Positions 6,730 to 17,392 are shown, counted from the stretch's first letter. The stretch: 28,675 bases of DNA from Halobacteriaceae archaeon (GCA_042216675.1 JBDGTS010000010.1:1-28675); one strand, 5' to 3'. A program made the numbers and translations. Notes: generated by a model from the letters alone, not told the origin.

Positions 6730-7449
6730 TCAGTCCGCCTCGCCCACCGTGTTCCGAAGCGTTCCGACGCCCTCGTACGTGATCTCGATTTCGTCGCCGG
6801 GGTCGACGAGTCCGGGGTTCGCCGGACTGCCGAAGGCAATCACGTCGCCGGGCCGGAGCGTGAATCGCTCGGAGAGGTAGGCGACGATTTCCCGCACGTC
6901 GAACAGCATCAGTTCGGTGTTCGCGTCCTGCCGTCGCTCGCCGTTGATGTCCGTGTGCATGTCGATTGCCGTCGGGTCGACGTCCGTCTCTATCCACGGG
7001 CCCAGCGGTGCGGACCCGTCGAAGGCCTTGCGGGCCGTCCGCCCCTGCTGGTCGAGGGCGTCCACGTCGTCGAGAATCGTGTAGCCACGCACCACGTCGG
7101 CCACGTCCTCGGGCGCGACGTTCCGACAGCGTTCGTCGACGACCGCCGCCAGTTCGCCGGCGTAGGTGAGTTCCTCAGTGAAGTCGGGATAGGGAATCGA
7201 CTGTCCGTGGGCGAGCAGCGCCGTTGGCGGCTTGATGAAGAAGTCCGGCTCCTCGGGTCGCTCGTACGCCATCTGGTCGAGCGTCTCGGCGTAGTTCCGG
7301 CCGACGCAGTACAGCGCCGTCGGCTCACACGGGGAGAGCAGGCGGCCGTCCCGGCCCACCTCGTACGTGCCGTCGTCGGCGTGAATCGTGCCGTCTTCGT
7401 AGCGGCCCGACACCGGTCCGTCGGGAGTCAGCAGGCGTGCGAGTCGCAT
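6730..7449 (-). CDS. Fumarylacetoacetate hydrolase family protein
   Basis: CVGRNY, FFIKP, YAGELAAV, KAFDGSAPLGP and TLRPGDVIAFGSP motifs. Confidence 0.92.
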   Translation of the reverse strand: MRLARLLTPDGPVSGRYEDGTIHADDGTYEVGRDGRLLSPCEPTALYCVGRNYAETLDQMAYERPEEPDFFIKPPTALLAHGQSIPYPDFTEELTYAGELAAVVDERCRNVAPEDVADVVRGYTILDDVDALDQQGRTARKAFDGSAPLGPWIETDVDPTAIDMHTDINGERRQDANTELMLFDVREIVAYLSERFTLRPGDVIAFGSPANPGLVDPGDEIEITYEGVGTLRNTVGEAD

Positions 7450-7537
7450 ACCGCTCGTTCTTCAGCGGTACCGGAAAGGGCTACCGAACGGCTGCCGGGA
7501 GCCACAGGACTTTACCGAGGTGCGACGATGCGTTCCC

Positions 7538-8497
7538 ATGGAGTACACCACACTCGGCGACACCGGTCTGACGGTCTCTCGCCTCTGCTTCGGGACGTGG
7601 CGGTTCAACCGCGAGAGCGACGGCACCGTCGAGACGACGCGAGAGGAGGCCCACGACCTACTGGACGCCTGTGAAGACCACGGCGTGAACTTCATCGACA
7701 CCGCCAACAGCTACGGCGGGGGCAAAAGCGAGGAGTGGATCGGCGAATGGCTGGCCGACCGGGACCGCGAGGACTACGTCGTCGCCTCGAAGGTGTACAA
7801 TACTCAAGAGAGCCGATTCGCGGGCAACCTCTCGCGCAAGAACATCCGCGCGGAAATCGAGGGCACGCTAGAGCGTCTCGACACGGACTATCTGGACCTC
7901 TACTACATCCACCGCTGGGACCCCGAGACGCCCATCGAGGAGACGCTCCGCACGCTCACCGACCTCGTGCGCGAGGGGAAAGTCCACTACCTCGGCGCCT
8001 CGAACCTCGCCGGCTGGCAACTGACGAAGGCGCTCTGGACCAGCGACCGCGAGGGACTCGAACGCTTCGACGTCATCCAGCCGTGGTACAACGCCGCGTA
8101 CGGCGACCACCCGCCCGCCGAGATTCAGGTCGCGGCGGACCAAGACGTCGGCGTCTGCAACTTCCAACCCCTGTACGGCGGCTTCTTCACCGGGAAGTAC
8201 GAACGCGACGGCGGCGGGGAGGGCCGCCACACCGACCTCTCGTCGTTCCACGAGAGCGACTGGGCGGTCCTCGACGCGATCCGAGACGTCGCCGACGAGG
8301 TGGACGCGACGCCGACGCAGGTGGCGATTCAGTGGTGCGTTCAGCAGGACGACTTCACCTGCGTCCCCATCTTCGGGGCCCGCGACCGGGACCAGTTCGC
8401 GGAGAACGTCGGCGCCCTCGACGTGACGCTCTCGGCGGAACAGGTCGCCCGCATCGACGAGGCCGGCGCGGCCGGGGCCGTCGACCCGCCCGCCTGA
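7538..8497 (+). CDS. Aldo/keto reductase
   Basis: MEYTTLGDTGLTVSRLCFGTW, FIDTANSYG, SEEWIG, DLYYIHRWD. TATA-like CTTTAC about 28 nt upstream. Confidence 0.93.
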   Translation: MEYTTLGDTGLTVSRLCFGTWRFNRESDGTVETTREEAHDLLDACEDHGVNFIDTANSYGGGKSEEWIGEWLADRDREDYVVASKVYNTQESRFAGNLSRKNIRAEIEGTLERLDTDYLDLYYIHRWDPETPIEETLRTLTDLVREGKVHYLGASNLAGWQLTKALWTSDREGLERFDVIQPWYNAAYGDHPPAEIQVAADQDVGVCNFQPLYGGFFTGKYERDGGGEGRHTDLSSFHESDWAVLDAIRDVADEVDATPTQVAIQWCVQQDDFTCVPIFGARDRDQFAENVGALDVTLSAEQVARIDEAGAAGAVDPPA

Positions 8498-8503
8498 GGG
8501 GCG

Positions 8504-9679
8504 CTACGAGTCGGCGACGATGCTCGCCACGCGGTCCCGGTCGAACAGGCGTTCGTCCTCCGGAATCTCGGGATACGGCTCCCCGGCCGTGTAGCCCGGC
8601 CACGTCCCGAACTGCTCGGGATACAGTTGCTTGGCGGTCATCTCCAACTGGAAGAGGTTCATCAGCGGTCCCTGCACGGGGTTGCCCGAGGCGTACACCC
8701 GTCCCTCGTCGACGGCCGTGATGCGACTGCCCACGGCGTGTGACTCCATCGCGCTCCGCTTCGCCGCCACGTCGTAGTAGGAGGCGACGCTGAACTGGTG
8801 GAGGATGACGTCCGGGTCGCGTTCGAGGAGGGCCTCGTAGCCGACGGCCCCGCTCTCAGCCGGGTTCTCGGCGAAGACGTCCGTCGCGCCCAGCGGTCGG
8901 ACGTGGGCGTTGCCGAACCCGGGCGTGTTGATGGTCGAGGGGTAGAACGTGCCGTCCATGAGGATGACCGACGCGACGGACGGCCGCTCGCTCTCGGGCG
9001 GCAGGTTCGATTCGATGGTCGACAGGACGTCGTCGTGGACGGCCTTCAGGTCGGCGTAGCGGCCACCTTCCCGAAAGACGGCCGCAACGCGTTCCGCAAT
9101 CTCCCACAGCGTGTAGTACTCGTAGTCGTCCTGCCACGACGTCGGCGGCGTGCCGTGGGCCCGGCTGTAGATGTTGCCGAACCACGGCCCGACGTTCTCG
9201 CGCACGTCTTCGACGTCCGAGCGCTTCCAGCCGTCGAAGGAGGTGACCAGCGCGGGGTCGGCGAGGTGGAGGTCCGACTGCAGGTCGAAGAACACCTCCT
9301 TGTCCACCTTGATGCTCCCGGATCCGCTGTTGAGTTGGGTCAGCCCCTCCCGGTCGAAGGAGACGCCGTCCAGACGCTCGTAGTAGGCGTCGAGGGTTCG
9401 CCCGCCGGCGTCGGCGTCGAAGCCCAGCGAGTTCACGCCGTCGCCGTGGCCGTACGCCACCGCCATGTCGGCGTAGTTGAGGCTGTACACCATCAGGTCC
9501 GAGGGCACTTCCTCGAACGTGACCTCGCCGACCGGCGCCATCGACGCCGAGTGCGTCCCCCCTGTCGTCGTCTCGTCCGTCGCCCCCGAGTCGCCGCTTC
9601 CACTACTACAGCCGGCGGCAACTCCGGCGAGAGCGACTGCGCCGCCCCGCGCCAGCCACTCGCGTCTCGTCAGGTCCAT
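8504..9679 (-). CDS. Tat lipoprotein, ABC-type iron-siderophore/cobalamin substrate-binding protein
   Basis: TRREWL Tat motif, AAGC lipobox, GYEALLERDPDVI, AVDEGRVY. DtxR-like boxes upstream. Confidence 0.85.
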   Translation of the reverse strand: MDLTRREWLARGGAVALAGVAAGCSSGSGDSGATDETTTGGTHSASMAPVGEVTFEEVPSDLMVYSLNYADMAVAYGHGDGVNSLGFDADAGGRTLDAYYERLDGVSFDREGLTQLNSGSGSIKVDKEVFFDLQSDLHLADPALVTSFDGWKRSDVEDVRENVGPWFGNIYSRAHGTPPTSWQDDYEYYTLWEIAERVAAVFREGGRYADLKAVHDDVLSTIESNLPPESERPSVASVILMDGTFYPSTINTPGFGNAHVRPLGATDVFAENPAESGAVGYEALLERDPDVILHQFSVASYYDVAAKRSAMESHAVGSRITAVDEGRVYASGNPVQGPLMNLFQLEMTAKQLYPEQFGTWPGYTAGEPYPEIPEDERLFDRDRVASIVADS

Positions 9680-9683
9680 GGAT

Positions 9684-9733
9684 TTAGGCTCGCCTAATCG
9701 AATAAAGCGCTTTCGAAGTTTCGGCGGGCCTAA
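9684..9733. promoter_or_regulatory. Two DtxR/Idr-type iron boxes flanking a TATA box
   Basis: TTAGGCTCGCCTAA (9684-9697) and TTCGGCGGGCCTAA (9720-9733) resemble the DtxR core TTAGGTTAGCCTAA. Minus-strand TTTATT lies between them. Confidence 0.7.
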
Positions 9734-9737
9734 AACC

Positions 9738-10418
9738 TCAGTACAGCAGGTCGGCGTCGTTCTCGACCATGTAGAGCGTGCGGGCGGCGATGTTCACCGC
9801 GTGGTCGCCGACCCGTTCGAGGTCACGAATCGTCAGGAGGACGCGCGACACGTCCTGCATCAGGCGCTCGACTTCCTCGTCGGAGGTGGGGCCTTCGAGT
9901 TCGCGTTCGATGAGGTCCCGGACGACGAGTGCGGAGGCGTCCCGACAGCGTTCGTCGATGTCGTCGTCGCGGTCGGCGATTTCGTAGCAGGCCTCCGGGT
10001 CGCGGTCCGCGTACGCCATCATCGCGTCCTCGACCATCTCGATGGTCTGTTCGCCGATGGCCTGTACGTCGACTTCGGGGAACACCTCCTGTTCGGCGTC
10101 GAGGGTGTAGCCGCCGAGGTTGGTCGCGAGGTCGCCGATGCGTTCGAGGTCGGTGAGAATCTTGAACGTGGCCGCGATGAACCGCAGGTCGCCCGCGACG
10201 GGTTGCTGGAGGGCCAAGAGGTCGATGCAGTCCTGTTCGAGGTCGAGATACAGTTCGTTGATTTCCTCGTCGCGTTCGATGATGTCGCGGGCTTGCTCCT
10301 CGTCCTTGCGTTCGAGGGCGTCGAGGCCCATGCGCAGCCGTTCGAGGACGATTTCGCTCATGTAGAGAACGTCGTCCCGGAGAGAGTCGAGTTGCTCCTG
10401 ATAGCCTTCGCGTGGCAT
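9738..10418 (-). CDS. phoU: Phosphate signalling protein PhoU
   Basis: LQQPVAGDLR, DLERIGD and LERVGDHAVNIA repeats; follows pstB. Confidence 0.95.
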   Translation of the reverse strand: MPREGYQEQLDSLRDDVLYMSEIVLERLRMGLDALERKDEEQARDIIERDEEINELYLDLEQDCIDLLALQQPVAGDLRFIAATFKILTDLERIGDLATNLGGYTLDAEQEVFPEVDVQAIGEQTIEMVEDAMMAYADRDPEACYEIADRDDDIDERCRDASALVVRDLIERELEGPTSDEEVERLMQDVSRVLLTIRDLERVGDHAVNIAARTLYMVENDADLLY

Positions 10419-10466
10419 GTGTCGTGTTCAGACGCTCACTGCAATGTAGTTTGGGGGCGGCCGCCG

Positions 10467-11336
10467 TCAGCCGAACTTCCCGGTGATGTAGTCCTCGACG
10501 CGCTCGTTGTCCGGGTTCTCGAAGATCTTCTCGGTGTCGTCGTACTCGACGAGTTCGCCGCCGGTGAGGAAGACGGCCGTCTGGTCGGAGATGCGGGCCG
10601 CCTGCTGCATGTTGTGGGTGACGATGATGACCGTGTAGTCGTCGGCCAAGTCCTCGATGAGGTCTTCGATTTGGCTCGTCGCGACGGGGTCCAGCGCGCT
10701 CGCGGGTTCGTCCATCAACACGACTTCCGGATCGGGCGCGATGGCGCGCGCGATGCAGAGTCGCTGTTGCTGGCCGCCCGAGAGGTCGGTTCCGGACTCG
10801 TCGAGGCGGTCGTTCACCTCGTCCCAGAGCGCCGCCCGCTCGAGTGACTCCTCGACGACTTCGTCGTAGTCGGCGTCGACGTCCTGAATCTCCAGGCCGT
10901 AGGTGACGTTCTCGCGGATGGATTTCGGGAACGGGTTGGGTTGCTGGAACACCATCCCCACCCGGCGACGGAGCGCCACCGGATCCACGTCGTCGTCGTA
11001 CACGTTCTTGCCGCGGAGGTAGAGGTCGCCCTCGACGCGCGCCGCGTCGATGAGGTCGTTCATCCGGTTGATACACCGGAGGAACGTCGACTTCCCACAG
11101 CCGGAGGGACCGATCATCGCGGTGACGCTGTTCTCGGGAACCGTGAGGGAAACGTCGTTGAGCGCTTGGTCGTCCTCGTACCAGACGCTGACGCCGTCGG
11201 CCTCGACGACCGTCGCGCCCGAGTCGATGCCTGCGGGGTCGTCGCCGTCGAGTCCCGCGGACACGTCCGTCTCTATCAGCGTGTCGCCGTCGGTCGGGTC
11301 CTTAGTGGGTCCGGACCCGGATGTGTCGTTGGACAT
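10467..11336 (-). CDS. pstB: Phosphate ABC transporter ATPase
   Basis: [40 protein letters not shown]. Confidence 0.96.
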   Translation of the reverse strand: MSNDTSGSGPTKDPTDGDTLIETDVSAGLDGDDPAGIDSGATVVEADGVSVWYEDDQALNDVSLTVPENSVTAMIGPSGCGKSTFLRCINRMNDLIDAARVEGDLYLRGKNVYDDDVDPVALRRRVGMVFQQPNPFPKSIRENVTYGLEIQDVDADYDEVVEESLERAALWDEVNDRLDESGTDLSGGQQQRLCIARAIAPDPEVVLMDEPASALDPVATSQIEDLIEDLADDYTVIIVTHNMQQAARISDQTAVFLTGGELVEYDDTEKIFENPDNERVEDYITGKFG

Positions 11337-11348
11337 TTGTCGTAGCAC

Positions 11349-12962
11349 TCAGTCTGAGCCCTGAAACCTGTTTCGTAGGATGATCGCGATGCCGTTCATC
11401 GTCAGCAGGATTATCAGCATCGTCACCACGCCCGCCGGGACGATGCCGGTGCGGAACGCGCTCTCGGGGAGGAACGCGAGGTTGTAAATCTGGAGCGGAA
11501 CCGCGGCCGCGGGCGCGAAGAAGCCGTCGGGGACGCCGAGATACAGCGAGGGCGCTGCGATCATCAGGAGGGGCGCCGTCTCGCCGATGGCGCGACCCAG
11601 CGCGAGGATGGTCCCCGTGAGGATGCCCGGCATCGCCTGTGGAAGCACGACGTTCCTGACGGTTTGCCACCGCGTGGCCCCCATGCCGTAACTGGCCTGC
11701 CGCGCCGACTCGGGGACGGACCGAATCGCCTCCTGTGCCGAGATGATGACGATGGGGAGAATCAACAGGCCGAGTGCGAGCCCCCCGACCGCGATGGACC
11801 CCGCCTCCATCCCGAAGGTGTTGATGAAGATGGCGAGTCCCAGCAGGCCGTACACGACCGAGGGGACGCCCGCGAGGTTCGAGATGTTCACCTTGATGAA
11901 CCGGGTGAGGCGGTTGGCGGGCGCGTACTCCTCGAGGTACACCGCGGCGCCGACGCCGACGGGGAACGCGAAGACGACGACGACGATCATCAACAGGAGC
12001 GACCCGACGACGGCGGGGAACACCCCCACGGTGTCGGGGAACGAGGTGTTCGGGAGGTTCGTCAGGAACCGCCAGTTGAGCCACGGGCGCGGGCCAGTGA
12101 CGGAGAGTGCGTCCGCGACGGCCGCGCCAGCGAGGGAGCCGACGACGACAGTCGCCGGGAGCGCGACGCCGGCCGCCGAGCGCTCGTCGCTCTCGACCGC
12201 ACGCCACGCGTGTACCGCGGCCGGCACCAGCCCGAAGAGCGGAATCAGCACCGCGTCGCCGGGACTGAAGCCGGTCTGCAGGCCGATACCGTAGCCCGCG
12301 GCGGTCACGCCGGCGAACGTCAGGCCGCCGCCGAGGTAGCCGTCGCGTCGATCGTCGCGGATCAGCGCGACGTAGCTTCCGACCACGGCGGCGCCGGGCA
12401 GGACGAGCGTGAGGACGACGATGATGAAGTCACTCGGGAGCATCGCCAGCGAGCCGATGAGGGCGGCCACGCTCGGGACGACGCCGGGTAGGCCGAACAG
12501 CGCCAGTCCGAGCAGGACGGCCGTCAGGAGCAGTCGCGCCGTCTCGGGCACGCCCGTGTATCGGCCGAGGACGGCGGTCAGGCCCGCGACGAGCGCCACC
12601 GGAACGACGGTGGCGAACCACGTCACCGGCTGGACCGCGACGAAGAAGATGCCCGTCCCCGCGGCGACCATGATGCCACCCCACAGCGCTACGGCGTTCT
12701 CGGTGCCCATCCGGATGCCGCCGCGCCGCCGGAGCGCCGCGCCCACGGCGGCTGTCGGGACGACGAGCGTGAGGAAGTAGACTAGGAACCACGCGGGGGA
12801 CGCCGACTCGAGGTCGAACGCCTGATAGGTGACGTAGGCCAGTAGTGCCGCGAGCGCCACGATGCCGATGAGCGAACTCGCCAGCAGGACGATTCGGAGC
12901 GCGATGACCTTTCGTCGGCTGACCCGTCCGAACCCCCCGTCGGACGATGACTCGTGGGCCAT
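11349..12962 (-). CDS. pstA: Phosphate ABC transporter permease PstA
   Basis: YLEEYA, LAGVPSVVYGLLG, ALGRAIGETAPL; extended N-terminal membrane region. Confidence 0.95.
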   Translation of the reverse strand: MAHESSSDGGFGRVSRRKVIALRIVLLASSLIGIVALAALLAYVTYQAFDLESASPAWFLVYFLTLVVPTAAVGAALRRRGGIRMGTENAVALWGGIMVAAGTGIFFVAVQPVTWFATVVPVALVAGLTAVLGRYTGVPETARLLLTAVLLGLALFGLPGVVPSVAALIGSLAMLPSDFIIVVLTLVLPGAAVVGSYVALIRDDRRDGYLGGGLTFAGVTAAGYGIGLQTGFSPGDAVLIPLFGLVPAAVHAWRAVESDERSAAGVALPATVVVGSLAGAAVADALSVTGPRPWLNWRFLTNLPNTSFPDTVGVFPAVVGSLLLMIVVVVFAFPVGVGAAVYLEEYAPANRLTRFIKVNISNLAGVPSVVYGLLGLAIFINTFGMEAGSIAVGGLALGLLILPIVIISAQEAIRSVPESARQASYGMGATRWQTVRNVVLPQAMPGILTGTILALGRAIGETAPLLMIAAPSLYLGVPDGFFAPAAAVPLQIYNLAFLPESAFRTGIVPAGVVTMLIILLTMNGIAIILRNRFQGSD

Positions 12963-13949
12963 TCAGTACACCTCCCGGTAACGGCTCGCGATGTAGTCGC
13001 TGATGACGTTCATGATGAGGGTGATGGCGAAGAGCGTGATGCCGATGCCGAACAGCGAGTGATACGCGCGGCCGAGCGCCGAGATGTCGCCGGTCGCGAG
13101 GTGAATCATCGCCGCGGTCATCGTCTCGATCGACTCCGTGTAGTTCCCGGGATTGAGTGGGTTCAGCAGTTTCGGCGTCTGCCCCGCGGCGAGGGTCACA
13201 GCCATCGTCTCGCCGATGGCGCGCGAGAGCGCGAGGATGAACGAGGAGGCGATGCCGGAGATAGAGGCCGGGATGACGATGCCGGTCACCACGTCGAACT
13301 TCGTGGCGCCCATCCCGTAGCCGGCCTGCCGCAGGTCGTCTGGCACCGCGCTCATCGCGTCTTCGCTGACCGACGCCACCATCGGAATGATCATGATACC
13401 GACGACGACACACGCGGAGGCGGCGTTGAACAGGCCGAGGTTGATGCCAAACGTCGTCTCCAGTGCGGGCGTGATGTACGCGATGGCGAAGAAGCCGTAG
13501 ATGACGGTCGGGATGCCGGCGAGCACCTCCAGCGCCGGCTTGAGGTACTGCCGTCGCCGCTCGCTCGCGAACTCGCTGAGATAGATGGCGGTGCCGACTC
13601 CAAGCGGAAGCGCGATGACCGCCGACCCGAGGGTAATCATCAGGGTCCCCGAGACGAGTGGCAACACGCCGAAGGAGGGGTCCGCGGACGTCGGCGAGAA
13701 CTCCGTTCCGGTCAGGAACGTCACGAGGTTCACCGTCTCGCCGCTGTAATTGAAGAGCCCCACCGCGTTTCCGAACTCCGCACTGAACGTGAAGAACTTC
13801 ATCGCGCCCGAACCCAGCGCCACGACGATGCCGAGGGTCGTCAGCACGGACACCGTCGCGCAGGCGAAGAAGAACGCCCGCGCCAGTCGCTCCCGGGGCG
13901 ACTGCTCCGTCTGGCGCGTCAGGTCGAGCGGTGGTGACTCGTTGCTCAT
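12963..13949 (-). CDS. pstC: Phosphate ABC transporter permease PstC
   Basis: YLSEFA, LAGIPTVIYGFF, SRAIGETMAV. Confidence 0.95.
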   Translation of the reverse strand: MSNESPPLDLTRQTEQSPRERLARAFFFACATVSVLTTLGIVVALGSGAMKFFTFSAEFGNAVGLFNYSGETVNLVTFLTGTEFSPTSADPSFGVLPLVSGTLMITLGSAVIALPLGVGTAIYLSEFASERRRQYLKPALEVLAGIPTVIYGFFAIAYITPALETTFGINLGLFNAASACVVVGIMIIPMVASVSEDAMSAVPDDLRQAGYGMGATKFDVVTGIVIPASISGIASSFILALSRAIGETMAVTLAAGQTPKLLNPLNPGNYTESIETMTAAMIHLATGDISALGRAYHSLFGIGITLFAITLIMNVISDYIASRYREVY

Positions 13950-14011
13950 TTCACGTCGTCCCCTCCTCGCTCCGGTGTGAAAACCGTAGGGTTTTCAGAT
14001 CGCTCGTCGGC

Positions 14012-15022
14012 TCACTCGGCGTTCGCGTCCTCGATGGCGCTGTTCAGCCGGTCCATCATATTCTGCTGGGTCTCGGGGGAGTTGGGCACGTAGCCGACGG
14101 TGTCCGCCACGATTTTGTCGCTGGTGCTCTTCTGGAGCCAGAAGCGGCAGAACTCCGCCACGCGGTCCTTCGACAGCGCGCTCTTGGCGGGGTACGTGAA
14201 CAGCGGCCGCGCGAGCGGATAGTTCCCGGTTCGCGCGGTCTCGATAGACGGCTTGACACAGGACCCGTCGCCTTTCTTGAGGCCGAGCGCCTTCACGGAG
14301 TTCTTGTTGTCCCGGTAGTAAGCGTAGCCGAGGTAGCCGAGCGCGTACTTGTCCTGCTTGACGCCCGCGACGATCTGGTTGTCGTGCTCCGTCCCGTTGT
14401 AGTCCGACCGGGACGCGCCCTCCTCGCCGACGACGGCCTCGGTGAAGAAGTCGTAGGTGCCGGAGGTGTCGGCCGCCCCCCAGAGCGTGATCTCCTTGTC
14501 TGGCCACTCGGAGTTCACGTCGGACCACTTCTGCGCGGGGTTGTCGGGCCGCCAGATCTGGGCGAGTTCCTCGAAACTCATGCAGTCCACCCAGTCGGCC
14601 TCGGGGTTGACGATGACCGTAATCGCGTCGCGCGCGACTTCGAGTTGAACCGGTTCGACGCCGTTGTTGGCGCACTGCTGTTGTTCCGCTTCCGTGATGG
14701 GGCGAGAGGCGTTGTTGATCATGCTCTTCCCCTTGCAGAAGTAGTTCGAGAACCCCCCGCCGGTCCCGGTCGGCGACGTGGAGAACGTCACGTCCGGATG
14801 CTTGTCCTTGAACAGGTTGGTCATCCGGTTCGCCAGCGGATACACCGTGCTGGACCCGGTGATGCTGATCTTGCCGGAGAGCGTCTCTCCGTCGGTAGTC
14901 CCGCCGCTTCCGCCACCACTGCTCTGGGTACAGCCTGCGAGTGCCGCTGCGCCGAGCGCCCCTGCGCCCGCGAGGAGCGACCGGCGTGTGCGAGATGCCG
15001 TGCTGGACTGGTCTCGTGCCAT
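14012..15022 (-). CDS. pstS: Phosphate-binding Tat lipoprotein PstS
   Basis: TRRSLL, LAGC, ITGSSTVYP, GTGGG, SGTYDFF, YPLARPLF. Confidence 0.95.
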   Translation of the reverse strand: MARDQSSTASRTRRSLLAGAGALGAAALAGCTQSSGGGSGGTTDGETLSGKISITGSSTVYPLANRMTNLFKDKHPDVTFSTSPTGTGGGFSNYFCKGKSMINNASRPITEAEQQQCANNGVEPVQLEVARDAITVIVNPEADWVDCMSFEELAQIWRPDNPAQKWSDVNSEWPDKEITLWGAADTSGTYDFFTEAVVGEEGASRSDYNGTEHDNQIVAGVKQDKYALGYLGYAYYRDNKNSVKALGLKKGDGSCVKPSIETARTGNYPLARPLFTYPAKSALSKDRVAEFCRFWLQKSTSDKIVADTVGYVPNSPETQQNMMDRLNSAIEDANAE

Positions 15023-15068
15023 CGCCAGCATCTCCGGCAGTCTCGAATAAATACCCTACTATTACGCC

Positions 15069-15213
15069 TATATAGATATAGGTATGTCAGGGTTTCACTC
15101 TCCAAAACGCGGCCCGAGTCGTCGACGGGCCGATTGCGGTATTCGCGGGGTATGGCCACTATACTGCAGCATTCCCGGGGGAATTAGTCTGTGAGTGGAG
15201 AATATATAGATAT
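15069..15213. promoter_or_regulatory. Repeated TATATAGATAT elements in the divergent pstS/regulator promoter region (candidate phosphate boxes)
   Basis: Exact 11-bp direct repeat at 15069-15079 and 15203-15213, each next to a TATA-like box. Confidence 0.5.
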
Positions 15214-15249
15214 GAGTAAATTTATATCCCCGCACCCGAACCGTCGCAC

Positions 15250-16251
15250 ATGGAGCGCCGAAAGGTTCAGGTCACCGGTGGCTCGACGTTCACGATTTCG
15301 ATTCCGAAGGAGTGGGCGAGGGAGAACGACGTCTCGGCGGGCGACGAAATCGAGTTCTACCCCGACGAGGACAGTTTGCTGATGATGCCCGTACAGGAGG
15401 AGGGCACTCAGCGCGGGAACCTCGACGTGTCGGACCTCGGCGGCGAGAACCTCCGTCGCGCGGTGATGACGATGTACGTCAGCGGCTTCGACGTGCTGGA
15501 ACTCGGCGCCGACCGCATCACGTCCGACCAGCGCCGGGTCATCCGCGAGGCGACCCAAGGCCTCGTCGGCCTCGAAGTCCTCGAAGAGACGAGCACGCGC
15601 GTCGTCATTCGAGACTTGCTCGACTCCTCGGAACTGTCGATTCACAACGCGGTCCAGCGGATGCGCCTCATCTCCCTGTCGATGTTGGAGGACGCCCTGA
15701 CAGCCCTCGACGAGAACGACCCCGACCTCGCCCGCGACGTCATCGAACGCGACGACGACGTGGACCGCCTCTGGTTCGTCGTCTCCCGCATCTTCCGGGG
15801 GACCCTTCGCTCCCCACAGGCGGCCCAAGAGGTCGGTCTCCCCCGGTCGACCTGTTTCGACTACCACTCCAGCGCCCGGCAACTGGAGCGCATCGCAGAC
15901 CACGCCGCCAAAATCGCCGGCCTGTCCACGGACCTCGACGACGTGCCCGACCCCATCACCGAGGCGCTCTCCGAGCTAGAGGCCGACGCCGAGGACATCA
16001 TCGACACCGCGATGGAGGCACTGTTTGCCGACGACAGTGGCGAGGCGACGGACCTCGCCAACGGCGCCCGCGAGTCTATCCCGCGCATCGACGAACACAC
16101 GCGCGAGATAGACGACTTGCTCCGCGAACAGGATCCACGCGCCGCGCAGAACCTCGGACTCGTCGTGGACTCGCTCTCCCGAAGCGCCGACTACGGCGGC
16201 AACATCGCGGAGACGGCCCTCCAGAACGCCGCGCCGTCCCCCGCTCCGTAG
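15250..16251 (+). CDS. AbrB-PhoU phosphate uptake regulator
   Basis: RKVQVTGGSTFTISIPKEW (AbrB/SpoVT domain) plus PhoU repeats (ERDDDVDRL, LERIADHA). Confidence 0.92.
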   Translation: MERRKVQVTGGSTFTISIPKEWARENDVSAGDEIEFYPDEDSLLMMPVQEEGTQRGNLDVSDLGGENLRRAVMTMYVSGFDVLELGADRITSDQRRVIREATQGLVGLEVLEETSTRVVIRDLLDSSELSIHNAVQRMRLISLSMLEDALTALDENDPDLARDVIERDDDVDRLWFVVSRIFRGTLRSPQAAQEVGLPRSTCFDYHSSARQLERIADHAAKIAGLSTDLDDVPDPITEALSELEADAEDIIDTAMEALFADDSGEATDLANGARESIPRIDEHTREIDDLLREQDPRAAQNLGLVVDSLSRSADYGGNIAETALQNAAPSPAP

Positions 16252-16353
16252 CGGAAACGGCCGGAATCGCCGACCTGACGGCGTCGTAGGTGCCCGCGGA
16301 ATCTGCCCGCGAGACAAGGGATTTATATACGACCCGCGAACCACTTCCCACCG

Positions 16354-17322
16354 ATGAGCGACTTCCCGGAGTATCTGGACGTGGATTACGACGCTGGGGC
16401 CGGCGAGGACCCAGAGGACTATCCGACACTCCAGAGCAAAGTCGAGAAGGCAATCGAGGTCACGAAGACCGGCCTCGAACAGTACGAGAACCCCGCCGTG
16501 ATGTGGACCGGGGGTAAGGACTCGACGCTCACCCTCTACTTCGTGAAGGAGGTGGCCGAGCAGTTCGACTACGAACTGCCGCCGGTCATCTTCATCGACC
16601 ACTTCCAGCACTTCGACGGTCTCCACGACTTCGTCGAGCGATGGACCGACCGCTGGGACCTCGACCTCATCTACGCTCGCAACGAGGACGTGGGCGACTA
16701 CGTCGATGAACACGACCTGACCCCGGGCGACGACATCCCCATCGAGGACCTCAGCGAACACAACCAGCACCACGTCCGCGACATCCTCGAATACGAGGAG
16801 GACACGTTCCCCTTCCTGCTGGACACCTACGTCGGCAACCACCTCCTGAAGACGGTGGCGCTCAACGACGCCCTCGAAGAGTACGACGTGGACGGCATCT
16901 TCTCGGGCATCCGCTGGGACGAACAGGAGGCCCGCGCCGACGAGACGTTCTTCAGTCCGCGCCACGACCCCGACATCTACCCCCCGCACGACCGCATCCA
17001 GCCGATTCTCCAGTTCGCGGAGCCCGACGTGTGGGACGCCTTCTGGCACTACGTCGTCCCGGACACCGTCGCGGAGTTCCCGGACGAGGGCTACGTCCCA
17101 CAGGACTACGACGACTTGCCCAACGGCCTCGGCGTCGAGGACATCCCGGTCAGCCCCAAGTACTTCGAGGGCTTCCGCTCGCTTGGCTCGGAAGTCTCGA
17201 CGGACAAGGCCGACGACGAACCCGCGTGGCTCCAGAACCTCGAGGAGACCACCGAACGCGCCGGCCGCGCACAGGACAAAGAGGACCTGATGGAGCGACT
17301 TCGGGACCTCGGCTACATGTAA
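16354..17322 (+). CDS. cysH: Phosphoadenosine phosphosulfate reductase family protein
   Basis: WTGGKDS PP-loop, SGIRWDE, GFRSLG, ERAGRAQDKE, LRDLGYM. Confidence 0.85.
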   Translation: MSDFPEYLDVDYDAGAGEDPEDYPTLQSKVEKAIEVTKTGLEQYENPAVMWTGGKDSTLTLYFVKEVAEQFDYELPPVIFIDHFQHFDGLHDFVERWTDRWDLDLIYARNEDVGDYVDEHDLTPGDDIPIEDLSEHNQHHVRDILEYEEDTFPFLLDTYVGNHLLKTVALNDALEEYDVDGIFSGIRWDEQEARADETFFSPRHDPDIYPPHDRIQPILQFAEPDVWDAFWHYVVPDTVAEFPDEGYVPQDYDDLPNGLGVEDIPVSPKYFEGFRSLGSEVSTDKADDEPAWLQNLEETTERAGRAQDKEDLMERLRDLGYM

Positions 17323-17392
17323 GCCGGGCCGGGCACACCGCCCGCCGCGACGCGGAACATTTTTCACCCAGTGGACGTGTCACCGAACACGT

